NCBI GenBank assembly: GCA_963789635.1
Contig: CAWBLF010000003.1
Location: 140,364-204,363, forward strand
Source of the DNA: an uncultured bacterium
Lineage (GTDB): Bacteria; Patescibacteriota; Minisyncoccia; Phycocordibacterales; Zambryskibacteraceae
Length of the DNA: 64,000 bases
Direction: 5' to 3'
Shown here: piece by piece, positions 17,718-26,559 of the stretch
Numbering within the stretch: the first letter of the stretch is position 1
Layout: every line of letters starts with the position of its first letter
Translations under genes and position numbers: made by a program
The notes under the pieces: model-generated
Told to the model about the DNA's origin: nothing
What the model saw: only the letters and a program-made list of their open reading frames with translations
The model's database searches: none

Positions 17718-18494
17718 ATGAAAGAGCACATGCAAAATGAAAATAGTGATATTGGACCAAAAGTAGATTTGAGAACTGTTTATGATGAAGACGCGAAAAT
17801 TGCGGAAATAGAAAAACGTGAAAATTTTCTTCGCACGGTTGGTTTTTCTGATGAGGAGATTATGAGGTTAAAGGATAATAGGCCGACATTATATGATATT
17901 GTCAATGTTCAAAATACTTTGGATTCGTTGAAACAAATCGGTTTTACCAATCCCGAAAAGATGATCACCAGTTTACCAGCTATTTTGGGCTACAACATCG
18001 AGAACATCAAACAAAAAATCGATGACCTCAAGGTTCTCGGTTTTACCAATCCCGAAAAGATGATCACCAGTTTATCAGCTATTTTGGGCTACAACATCGA
18101 GAACATCGAAAGGAAAATAAGCGCTTTGGAAACAATTTTTAAACTTTACAGTATAAGAGTTGATGTCAAAGAATTTATTGAAAAAGATTTGTTAATATTG
18201 GGTGCAAAAATTGATAAGGTATGGATTATAGCAAGGGCGTTACGTAATCTTGGTATGAATCCAAGTGATATAAACAATGTGTTTCTTTCACGATTACGAT
18301 CATCCAATATAACAGATACCACGGCGGCTCTTACGACCTTGTTGGCGGAGATGAAAAAGGACGTTATTCCAGCGGAAATATTCAAAGCTATTCGTGTTGC
18401 CAAAAAATTGCCTAAAGATGAAAAACAACAGATTATTGAGTCACAGAAAAGTTCTAAGTTGGCAAGACGATACAAACGAGGATATGGCAGTTAG
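17718..18494 (+). CDS. mTERF-like helical repeat protein (hypothetical)
   Basis: Repeats of the form LGFTNPEKMITSLPAILGYNIENIKQKIDDL resemble the mTERF motif (GFs..ei..ii...P.iLg.s.e.nl..ki..L). This is a motif-level call only. Confidence 0.5.
   Translation: MKEHMQNENSDIGPKVDLRTVYDEDAKIAEIEKRENFLRTVGFSDEEIMRLKDNRPTLYDIVNVQNTLDSLKQIGFTNPEKMITSLPAILGYNIENIKQKIDDLKVLGFTNPEKMITSLSAILGYNIENIERKISALETIFKLYSIRVDVKEFIEKDLLILGAKIDKVWIIARALRNLGMNPSDINNVFLSRLRSSNITDTTAALTTLLAEMKKDVIPAEIFKAIRVAKKLPKDEKQQIIESQKSSKLARRYKRGYGS
17949..18118 (+). repeat. 99-bp-period tandem duplication inside the mTERF-like gene
   Basis: 71 nt at 17949-18019 recur at 18048-18118 with one mismatch (tttaccagc versus tttatcagc). 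Confidence 0.9.
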
Positions 18495-18506
18495 CATTTT
18501 AATGCA

Positions 18507-20897
18507 ATGAAAATATCATACGCATGGCTACAGGATTACTTTGAAAAACCGCTTCCAACTCCGGAAAAAATTTCGGATCTTTTGACTGAGCACGCGTTTG
18601 AAGTGGAATCAATAGACAAAGTGGCTGGCGACAGGGTGCTTGACGTCAAGGTGTTGCCCGACAGGAGTCATGATTGTCTTTGCCATATTGGCATTGCCAG
18701 AGAAGTGGCGCTTCTTGCCAATATCAATCTAAAACCAACTGTCAACAATTCGGAATTGCTTTCAGTGCCCGAATCAAATGTTTTGCGAGTAGAAGTGGAT
18801 GATTCACACCTTTGTAAACGTTTTACCGCGCTTGTAATTGAAAATATAGAAGTAAAGGAAAGTCCAGGTTGGCTCAAAGATCGTCTCAAAGCTATCGGCC
18901 AGCGATCTATAAACAACGTGGTGGATGTCACAAACTATGTGATGTTTGCCATTGGTCAACCGCTCCACGCCTACGACCGTGAACTTTTGAAGGAAGCTGA
19001 TGGTGGATGGAAAATTGTAGTGAGAAAGGCCAATGAAGGTGAGACGCTTTTGGCTCTGGATAACAAAGAATACAGTCTTAGAGGGGGAGAATTGACCATT
19101 GTTGACGGTAATACCGATGGGGTGTTGGGCATTGCGGGCATCAAAGGGGGAAAGGCAAGTGAAATTTCCAAACATACCAAAAACATTATTCTCGAATCCG
19201 CTAATTTTGAACCGGTAAATATTCGCAAGACAGCAAAAGCAATCGGACTTCGCACCGATGCATCCATCCGTTTTGAAAATGAAATCACACCAGAACTTAC
19301 TGTGCTTGCGTTAAAAATAGCTGCGGACCTTCTTTTGGAAATTGCAAATACGGAAGAAACACGGATTGAAGGAATGGTCGATATTTACCCGCGCAAGGCA
19401 TCGTTATTTAAAGTGGGTGTTTCACTTTCTGAAATTCAAAATATTTTGGGTATGGGTATTTCTCAAAAAGAAGTTGAAGATATATTTAAAAGGCGTGGCT
19501 ACACGTGGAGTATGGTTAATCCGCGAGAAATCATATTGACTCTGGCCAGACAGTTGGTGGGAGTGCCATATAAATACGCTTCCAGTGTTCTATATGATGC
19601 ACCCAGAACTTTCGATTGTTCTTCCTTTATCAATTATCTGTATGTGCAATCCGGAGTGGCGTTGCCTAGGATTACCGCGGACCAGTTTGTATTTGGGCAG
19701 TCCATTGAAAAAGATGAACTAAAACCCGGTGATTTGATTTTTTCCCAGTCATCTTCCTCCGATGAAGAAAAGGAATTTACTTTTATAGCCACCGGTGAAA
19801 AAATGCGACAAAAGGTAAAACACACAAAGACATTTGAATTTCTCCCCGGTACCGATGTGCCAGGCGGGGTTGATCACCTTGGCCTTTACGCGGGTGACAA
19901 CAAAGTGATTCATTCATCAAGTGCAAGCCGGGGTGTGGTAGAGGAGTCGCTCGGAGAAACAAAAGCTTTCCAAAATATAGTAGGTTATCGAAGGATGCTT
20001 CAAAGCGAAGAATCCAGATTTGTCGTTGTCGTGCCGGCTGAACGATTGGATTTGCGAATCAAGGAAGATTTGATTGAGGAGATCGGAAGGATTTACGGAT
20101 ATGATAATCTAAAGTCAAAACCTATAAAACTATTCGAAGAAAACGTCGCTGTAAACAAAAAAGAGTATTGGGTAAATTCTTTCAAGAAATTTTTTGTTGA
20201 CGAAGGTTTTTCCGAAGTTATTACATATGCATTTCGCAACAAAGGGGAAGTGGAACTTGCTAACCCCATAGCCAAGGACAAACCATACTTAAGAGCAAAT
20301 CTAAGCGAAGGTTTGTCGGAAGCTCTTGAGTCCAACTCTCACAATATGGAACTTCTGGGTCTTACAGAAGTGAATATTTTTGAAATAGGAAATATTTTTA
20401 CCAAAAAACACGAATATACTTCACTGGCTTTTTCTTCCAACAATCCTGATAAAATCAAAAAAAATATTTTTGAAAAATTTGGTTTTGAAATATCATTTGT
20501 TAGCAACGGTAAAATTTATGAAACAGATTTTGATAAAGTTTTGGAAGAACTTCCTGAATCAAGTAAACCTTTTGAGTATTCCGAAAATGATAATTTAAGT
20601 TTTGTGCCATTTTCGCAATACCCGTTTGTTCTGCGAGACCTAGCGGTGTTTGTGCCGGAAGGAAATAACCAAAACGAAATCATCGACACGGTAAAAGCCG
20701 AGTCATCGGGTTTACTGGTATCTCATCGTCTTTTCGATACGTTTACCAAAGAGTTTCCGGATGGCAAGAAGACTTCTTTTGCGTACAGGTTGGTATTTCA
20801 GTCAAAGGAGAAAACGTTGACCGATGATGAAGTCAACCCGATCATGGAAAAAACAGCCAAAATTTTGAGCAAAAAAGAAGGTTGGCAAGTGAGGTGA
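18507..20897 (+). CDS. pheT: phenylalanine--tRNA ligase beta subunit carrying an inserted NlpC/P60 domain
   Basis: B1 start MKISYAWLQDY, then B3/4, B5, DLIEEIGRIYGYDN, and a C-terminal FDX-ACB-like end. An NlpC/P60-like segment lies at about 19518-20012. Confidence 0.9.
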   Translation: MKISYAWLQDYFEKPLPTPEKISDLLTEHAFEVESIDKVAGDRVLDVKVLPDRSHDCLCHIGIAREVALLANINLKPTVNNSELLSVPESNVLRVEVDDSHLCKRFTALVIENIEVKESPGWLKDRLKAIGQRSINNVVDVTNYVMFAIGQPLHAYDRELLKEADGGWKIVVRKANEGETLLALDNKEYSLRGGELTIVDGNTDGVLGIAGIKGGKASEISKHTKNIILESANFEPVNIRKTAKAIGLRTDASIRFENEITPELTVLALKIAADLLLEIANTEETRIEGMVDIYPRKASLFKVGVSLSEIQNILGMGISQKEVEDIFKRRGYTWSMVNPREIILTLARQLVGVPYKYASSVLYDAPRTFDCSSFINYLYVQSGVALPRITADQFVFGQSIEKDELKPGDLIFSQSSSSDEEKEFTFIATGEKMRQKVKHTKTFEFLPGTDVPGGVDHLGLYAGDNKVIHSSSASRGVVEESLGETKAFQNIVGYRRMLQSEESRFVVVVPAERLDLRIKEDLIEEIGRIYGYDNLKSKPIKLFEENVAVNKKEYWVNSFKKFFVDEGFSEVITYAFRNKGEVELANPIAKDKPYLRANLSEGLSEALESNSHNMELLGLTEVNIFEIGNIFTKKHEYTSLAFSSNNPDKIKKNIFEKFGFEISFVSNGKIYETDFDKVLEELPESSKPFEYSENDNLSFVPFSQYPFVLRDLAVFVPEGNNQNEIIDTVKAESSGLLVSHRLFDTFTKEFPDGKKTSFAYRLVFQSKEKTLTDDEVNPIMEKTAKILSKKEGWQVR

Positions 20898-21099
20898 TCT
20901 CTCGGTTGGACTCTCTAACCCAAACTCATAAGATCAGTTTTTCATGTTCGGGAAATAGGCCTAAATTTAAAGATTTTATACCATATTTTATCCACTTTTG
21001 GACCTTTCTTTTTGCCGTCCTTTTTGCTAAAATATGCTTGTAAAAGTTAGATTTTTTAAAGGTTTCGATGCCTCAAAAAAGAGGCAAATTTGTTTCTAT

Positions 21100-23202
21100 A
21101 TGGCTACTCCCAAAAAAGAAGAAAAAACCCCAAAAACCAATGGTTACAGTGCTTCAGACATTACCGTTTTGGAGGGCCTTGAACCAGTAAGGAAGCGACC
21201 GGGAATGTATATTGGTACTACGGGGCCAGATGGTCTGCACCACCTCATTACAGAGGTTTTTGACAACTCTCGCGACGAAGCGATGGGTGGTTTTGCCAAT
21301 GACATCGAGGTGGCCCTTTTGCCAGGCAACCAAGTGCGAGTAGTAGACAATGGCCGAGGTATTCCTGTCGACGTACATAAGCAGACCAAAGTTTCAGCTC
21401 TTGAAACTATTATGACCACCCTCCATGCAGGAGGAAAATTTGGTGGGGAAAATAGTGGCTACAAAGTATCAGGCGGTCTTCACGGCGTGGGCGCATCTGT
21501 GGTGAACGCACTTTCTGTTTATACCAAAGCCGAAGTTTATCGAGATGGAGGTAAGTATGTGCAGGAATACAGTAAAGGAAAAAGAAAAGCTGCAGTAAAA
21601 AAGGTTGAATCATCAAAGTTGAACGGTACCATCATTACGTTTCAGCCAGACCAGGAAATTTTCCCAGACACCACTTTTGAATTTGGCCGCATAGTGAACC
21701 ACCTTCGTCAGCAGGCCTATCTTGTAAAAGGACTGCGAATTACCGCCATTGACGCGCGTGAATACAAAGGAAAAATAAATACGGATAATGTTTTCTTCCT
21801 CAAGGAACTCGGGCTAGAAGTGCCGTCCATGTCATTTTATTTTGAAGGAGGGTTGCTCTCTCTTGTGAAATTTTACAATCAAACCCAGAAGCCTATCCAT
21901 AAAAATATTTTTTATGTTGAAAAGAAAAATGAAAACTATGAATCCGTAGAAGTTTCTCTCCAGTATGTAGATGACATTGTTTCCCGTGTTGTGCCTTTTG
22001 CCAACAATATTTATAACTCTGAAGGGGGCACTCACGTCACCGGATTTAAAACGGCGCTCACACGCTCACTCAATGCCTACGCGCGCAAAAATAATCTTAT
22101 AAAAGAAAGTGAAGACAACTTTACCGGTGAAGATGTATTGGAAGGTCTGACGGCGGTCATATCGGTCAAAATCCGGGAAGTCCAGTTTGAAGGACAGACA
22201 AAAGCCAAACTTGGGACTGTGGAAGCAAGGGGATTGGTAGAAAGCGTCTTTGGTGACGCGTTTTCGGCCTTTCTAGAGGAAAATCCTGATGATGGTAGAG
22301 CTATCATAAACAAGGTGGTTTTGGCCCTAAAGGCTCGCAAAGCAGCCAAGGCGGCCAAAGACTCTGTCCTTCGCAAAGGTGCTCTTGAGGGGATGACACT
22401 CCCGGGCAAGCTTGCTGATTGCCAATCCAAGTCTGCAGAAGAATCGGAACTATTTATCGTTGAGGGAGATTCTGCCGGGGGCACTGCAAAGATGGGACGC
22501 GATCGCCGAATCCAGGCAGTGCTTCCTCTCCGCGGAAAAATACTAAACATAGAACGCGCTCGTCTCGACCGTATGCTCGGAAGCGAACAAATCAAAAATC
22601 TTGTTGTGGCACTAGGCACCGCCATAGGTGATACTTTTGATATTTCAAAATTGAGATACCACAAAATTATCATTGCCACAGATGCCGACGTTGATGGCGC
22701 TCACATCCGCACGCTCCTTCTTACATTGCTTTACAGATTTTTCCGACCGCTTATTGATTCGGGCCATATCTATATCGCCCAACCGCCACTTTATAAAATT
22801 AAAAAAGGAAAAGAAATTTTCTACGCATACTCTGATGAGGAAAAAGCAAAGATAATCGGAAAAGACGCAGGTTTGGCGGAGATTGAAGAAAGTTCCGAAT
22901 CCGTATCTGGTGAAGATGAAGAGAAGTCGCTGGGCGAAGGCGAGGAAGATGCTGAGCATAGCAGTGCGAATGTAAAGAAAGGAACTAGGATATCCATCCA
23001 GCGCTACAAAGGTCTTGGAGAAATGAATTCGGAAGAACTGTGGGAGACCACCATGGACCCGGCAAGAAGAATTTTGAAACAAGTGAATGTAGAAGATGCC
23101 CGTGAGGCGGACAAAATTTTTGACACGCTTATGGGGTCGGATGTTCCATCTCGAAAATCTTTCATCCAATCCAACGCCAAGCTTGCGAATTTGGATATAT
23201 AG
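21100..23202 (+). CDS. gyrB: DNA gyrase subunit B
   Basis: VLEGLEPVRKRPGMYIG, GGLHGVGASVVNALS, EGDSAGG, PLRGKILN and QRYKGLGEM motifs. I chose the ATG at 21100. Confidence 0.95.
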   Translation: MATPKKEEKTPKTNGYSASDITVLEGLEPVRKRPGMYIGTTGPDGLHHLITEVFDNSRDEAMGGFANDIEVALLPGNQVRVVDNGRGIPVDVHKQTKVSALETIMTTLHAGGKFGGENSGYKVSGGLHGVGASVVNALSVYTKAEVYRDGGKYVQEYSKGKRKAAVKKVESSKLNGTIITFQPDQEIFPDTTFEFGRIVNHLRQQAYLVKGLRITAIDAREYKGKINTDNVFFLKELGLEVPSMSFYFEGGLLSLVKFYNQTQKPIHKNIFYVEKKNENYESVEVSLQYVDDIVSRVVPFANNIYNSEGGTHVTGFKTALTRSLNAYARKNNLIKESEDNFTGEDVLEGLTAVISVKIREVQFEGQTKAKLGTVEARGLVESVFGDAFSAFLEENPDDGRAIINKVVLALKARKAAKAAKDSVLRKGALEGMTLPGKLADCQSKSAEESELFIVEGDSAGGTAKMGRDRRIQAVLPLRGKILNIERARLDRMLGSEQIKNLVVALGTAIGDTFDISKLRYHKIIIATDADVDGAHIRTLLLTLLYRFFRPLIDSGHIYIAQPPLYKIKKGKEIFYAYSDEEKAKIIGKDAGLAEIEESSESVSGEDEEKSLGEGEEDAEHSSANVKKGTRISIQRYKGLGEMNSEELWETTMDPARRILKQVNVEDAREADKIFDTLMGSDVPSRKSFIQSNAKLANLDI

Positions 23203-23213
23203 TTAAAACAAAA

Positions 23214-23241
23214 ATCTGCCGAACTAATAAGCTCGGCAGAT
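23214..23241 (-). terminator. rho-independent terminator oriented for a minus-strand transcript (may also stop gyrB)
   Basis: atctgccgaac/gctcggcagat stem. The T-run (tttttgtttt) follows the stem only on the minus strand. Confidence 0.6.
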
Positions 23242-23249
23242 GTGGTTCA

Positions 23250-23497
23250 ACCGTCAATCCCGACCCACTTAAGGTCGCGGAAAAGATCCGGTTTCAGGTC
23301 GAAGAACGTTTTTCCTTGGGTGGCTTTTATGCAACAACTTTCACACTCGTCCAATCTTGAGGAGTGCAAGGGTAAGGAGATGTTACCCCTCAATGAGAAT
23401 TGTTTCCAAAGAGAAAATCTTTTTCTTTTTTCTTGGCCCTACAATGAACATGTCGTTTTACCTGAGGCGATAAAACAGTTCATGGTTGGGATGACCT
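23250..23497 (-). ncRNA. candidate structured non-coding RNA of unknown class
   Basis: About 250 nt with no credible ORF. Ends pair: 23484-23495 with 23253-23265. Internal hairpins at 23444-23483 and 23368-23390. Followed by a terminator oriented for the minus strand. Confidence 0.3.
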
Positions 23498-23560
23498 TTC
23501 AGTAAAAATTTTTCAAATATTAGTATTCTCAAATAAAAATTAAAAAAATATAAATTAAAA

Positions 23561-23604
23561 ATGTATTACTTCCACTACAGTATACTGTAGTGGAAGTAAT
23601 ACAT
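23561..23604. promoter_or_regulatory. 44-bp perfect palindrome (atgtattacttccactacagta|tactgtagtggaagtaatacat); candidate operator and/or terminator
   Basis: Perfect dyad verified base by base. Shares the 20-bp core cactacagtatactgtagtg with 24049-24090. Lies 32 nt downstream of the HTH gene stop. Confidence 0.6.
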
Positions 23605-23636
23605 CATGTAAGTAGGTAAACTTTAAATTTATTAAA

Positions 23637-24032
23637 TTAGAAAATTTTTAGATTTTTGTGAGGTCTTCTAACTCGCGGAGGAAGTATTCCATACAGCAAT
23701 CTTTCAATTTCGTCAGCCAACTTGCCTTTTTTGGAGATTATTGAAATGGTTTCTTTGTATTTTCCAGCATCCATTGCAAGTGAGAATTTTGCGATAGTGG
23801 TTGGGCTAAGATGAATAATTTCAGAGATATTTTCGAAGGATATGTTCTTTTCCAGCATATAAATCATTGTGATTCTCTTTGCAAACATGATTTTTTCTGT
23901 TTTCGTGAATAACTCTTTCATTACCGAAAGGGAACGTGAACGGTCATCTGCCTCTTGAAATGTCTTGGCAAATTGAGTCATTATTTTGTTGAAAACTTGC
24001 TGGTCTATTTTCTTTTGAGATATATGTGGCAT
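23637..24032 (-). CDS. TrpR-like (YerC/YecD family) helix-turn-helix protein
   Basis: 131 aa. The pattern L.T..E..M.AKR......L.......I......S..TI is typical of Trp-repressor-related YerC/YecD proteins. Confidence 0.6.
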   Translation of the reverse strand: MPHISQKKIDQQVFNKIMTQFAKTFQEADDRSRSLSVMKELFTKTEKIMFAKRITMIYMLEKNISFENISEIIHLSPTTIAKFSLAMDAGKYKETISIISKKGKLADEIERLLYGILPPRVRRPHKNLKIF

Positions 24033-24048
24033 GTTTTTGTTACGAGTG

Positions 24049-24090
24049 ACTATATATTACACTACAGTATACTGTAGTGTAATATATAGT
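24049..24090. promoter_or_regulatory. 42-bp perfect palindrome (actatatattacactacagta|tactgtagtgtaatatatagt); candidate operator of the HTH gene
   Basis: Perfect dyad verified base by base. Lies 16 nt upstream of the HTH start codon. Same 20-bp core as 23561-23604. Confidence 0.6.
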
Positions 24091-24129
24091 GTCAAAGCTA
24101 AATACTGCTGGAATTTTTGCAAAAGTTAT

Positions 24130-24765
24130 TTAAAACTCTTTGGTTTCGCCATCGGCAATGGTGACGAAATTGATGCCGACTTTGTCCAAAATCATGGCTA
24201 CCATTCCGGCAAATCGGACAGGGTCTTTGTACATAGCGTCGTGGACGCCAAAGGCAATTTTAGGATTGATAGTTCTGGCGTATTCTATTGCATCGGAAAT
24301 TTTCATCCAAGGTCCTGCGACTGGAAGAGCCAGAATATCTACCGGAATTCCTGGGTCGTAGAAAGCATCACCTGGGTAAAATAGTTTTTCACCTATCATA
24401 TAGCCTGTATTTTCCACGGGAGGAATGGTTATGTAAATTTCCGCGTGAGTGTCTCCGTAGCCTTGTATCAGTATTCCACCGACATCCGTTTCATCTTTGT
24501 GAGCCACAATTTCAAATGGAATGCTCTCCTTTGCCAAGAGTGTGGATACAGCAGTATTTGTGATAACACGGGCAGACGGATTGTTCGCCAGTACTTTTTT
24601 TAAGGAATCTATATGAAAATGGTCGGCATGCTCGTGAGTAATAAGCACCGCCGAAATGCCAGTGACCTCGTTTTGCCCCGTAGTAAAGTTTCCCGGGTCT
24701 GTGAGCAGTTTCACTCCTTTGTCTTCAATGACCAGACAACAATGTCCAATTTTAGTTATGCGCAT
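24130..24765 (-). CDS. MBL-fold metallo-hydrolase
   Basis: 211 aa with the HEHADH motif (LITHEHADHF) and downstream H/D ligands. Its ATG overlaps the thrS stop (TAATG). Confidence 0.8.
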   Translation of the reverse strand: MRITKIGHCCLVIEDKGVKLLTDPGNFTTGQNEVTGISAVLITHEHADHFHIDSLKKVLANNPSARVITNTAVSTLLAKESIPFEIVAHKDETDVGGILIQGYGDTHAEIYITIPPVENTGYMIGEKLFYPGDAFYDPGIPVDILALPVAGPWMKISDAIEYARTINPKIAFGVHDAMYKDPVRFAGMVAMILDKVGINFVTIADGETKEF

Positions 24766-26507
24766 TATTTTTTATTATTTATTTCTTCTTTAAGTTTCTT
24801 TAGAAAATCATCCAAGCTCATGGTTTCCTGTTTGCCGGTGTCACGTGACTCCACGGTGACGGTCTTTGCTTCTACTTCTTTGTCGCCAATGACAATCCAG
24901 TAAGGTATTTTGTTGTTTTTGGCATCGCGAACCTTGCCACCAAGATTTTCATCGGCGTCGTCAAAGACGGCGCGAATACCGCTTTCTCTAAGTGTTTCAA
25001 AAACTTTTTTACCATACTCATTGTGATTCATTCGAACAGGAATAATTTTCACATGCACTGGGGCAAGCCAAAGAGGGAAGGCTCCGGCATAGTGTTCAAT
25101 CAAGATACCAAGGAATCTCTCCGGGGAACCGACGATGGCGCGGTGAATCATCACTGGAGTCTTCTCCGATCCATCGGAGTCGGTATATTTGAGCCCAAAT
25201 CTTTCAGGCATAATAAAATCTAGTTGAATGGTAGAGATCTGCCATTCACGGCCGAGTGAATCTTTGGAAATCAAGTCCATTTTTGGTCCATAGATGGCAG
25301 CTTCACCTTCCGCTCTTATGTAATCGATTTTGTTTTCGACAAGAAGATCTTCAAGAATTTTTTGTGATTTTTCCCAAACCTTTGGTTCTCCAAGATATTT
25401 GTCCGGTTTTTTCGGGTCCCAAAGAGACAGTCTGATTGAATATTTCATGCCGTAAGTTTCCATAGCTTTTTTCACAATACCCAAGACGGCAAGGAACTCA
25501 TCTTTGATTTGGTCTTCTCTGCAGAAGCAATGTCCGTCATCTTGGGCAAAAGCACGTAGGCGGGTGAGACCGTTCAATTCTCCCGGTTTTTCATCTCTAT
25601 ACAGATTGGCAAAGTCGGCAATCCTCACCGGTAAATCTCTGTAGCTTCTTGGCTTTGAAGCATATACCTGGGTGTGGTGCGGACAGTTCATCGGCTTCAA
25701 GTAGTACTCTTCTTTTGTGTAATTGGAAACGACACGGAACATATCTTCCTTGTATTTATCATAATGACCTGAAACCTTGAATAGCTCCGCTTTATTGATG
25801 TTTGGAGTATGAACTTCTTCATAACCAATAGCCGTCTGCAGTTCATTTGAGTATTTTATAATCTCGCGTCTTACAGTAGTGCCTTTTGGGGTATAAATGG
25901 GAAGACCTGGGCCAACGAGCTCGGAAAAAATAAATAAGTCTAGTTCCTTCCCGAGTTTTCTGTGGTCTCTCTTCTTAGCTTCCTCTTGCTGTTTTTCGTA
26001 TTCAACCAATTCTTCCTTAGTGTTGAAAGCCAGACCATAAATACGAGTGAGCATTTTGTTATTCTCGTCACCACGCCAGTATGCCCCGGCTAGTCGCGTC
26101 AATTTGAAGGCGTCCATGGAAACATCTTTCATGTTTTCCACATGTCCGCCACGGCAGAGGTCTGTAAATTTGCCGGAAGTATAAAAAGTTATCGGTTCTC
26201 CTTTTGATAAAATTTCATCAATTAGTTCAAGCTTGTACGGATTGTGTTTAAAAAATTTCTTTGCTTCTTCTGGTGAAACATCTTTTTTTTCAAAGCTTGT
26301 CCAAGTGTTGGAAAGTTTTTTCATTTTCTTTTCTATGTCTTTGAGCGCGTTGTCCGGCAGGGGAGAAGAGAATTCAAAATCATAATAAAAGCCGTTATCA
26401 ATGGCTGGGCCGATAGAATTTAGAGTATCAGGGTAAAGATCTAGCACGGCAGCCGCCAAAAGGTGGGCTAGGGAGTGACGTAGATGTTCTAGTTTTATGT
26501 CAGACAT
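24765..26507 (-). CDS. thrS: threonine--tRNA ligase (no N-terminal TGS domain)
   Basis: LRHS.AHLLA start of the second additional domain, class II core motifs (FRDE..G...GL.R...F.QDD.H, HRA..GS.ERF), and a C-terminal anticodon-binding domain. Confidence 0.95.
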   Translation of the reverse strand: MSDIKLEHLRHSLAHLLAAAVLDLYPDTLNSIGPAIDNGFYYDFEFSSPLPDNALKDIEKKMKKLSNTWTSFEKKDVSPEEAKKFFKHNPYKLELIDEILSKGEPITFYTSGKFTDLCRGGHVENMKDVSMDAFKLTRLAGAYWRGDENNKMLTRIYGLAFNTKEELVEYEKQQEEAKKRDHRKLGKELDLFIFSELVGPGLPIYTPKGTTVRREIIKYSNELQTAIGYEEVHTPNINKAELFKVSGHYDKYKEDMFRVVSNYTKEEYYLKPMNCPHHTQVYASKPRSYRDLPVRIADFANLYRDEKPGELNGLTRLRAFAQDDGHCFCREDQIKDEFLAVLGIVKKAMETYGMKYSIRLSLWDPKKPDKYLGEPKVWEKSQKILEDLLVENKIDYIRAEGEAAIYGPKMDLISKDSLGREWQISTIQLDFIMPERFGLKYTDSDGSEKTPVMIHRAIVGSPERFLGILIEHYAGAFPLWLAPVHVKIIPVRMNHNEYGKKVFETLRESGIRAVFDDADENLGGKVRDAKNNKIPYWIVIGDKEVEAKTVTVESRDTGKQETMSLDDFLKKLKEEINNKK

Positions 26508-26559
26508 GGCCTAAATATAACAGAAAATAGATTTTTTGAAAAAGAAAAATAGTTTCATA

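Noticed and set aside
23250-23497. Assigning the candidate RNA to RNase P RNA, SRP RNA, tmRNA or 6S RNA
   Set aside because: Only weak, short resemblances are present. It lacks GGAAAGUCCGG and ACAGAA..GGCUUA (RNase P). It lacks GGAAGCAGC (SRP). It has no tRNA-like end with CCA and no tag ORF (tmRNA). The class cannot be called by eye.
23242-23505. 87-aa plus-strand ORF from the track, considered as a protein-coding gene
   Set aside because: Its GTG start lies immediately after and abutting the gyrB terminator stem and has no ribosome-binding site. The composition is odd (R/S/F-rich) and no family is recognisable. The region is better explained as non-coding or structured RNA.
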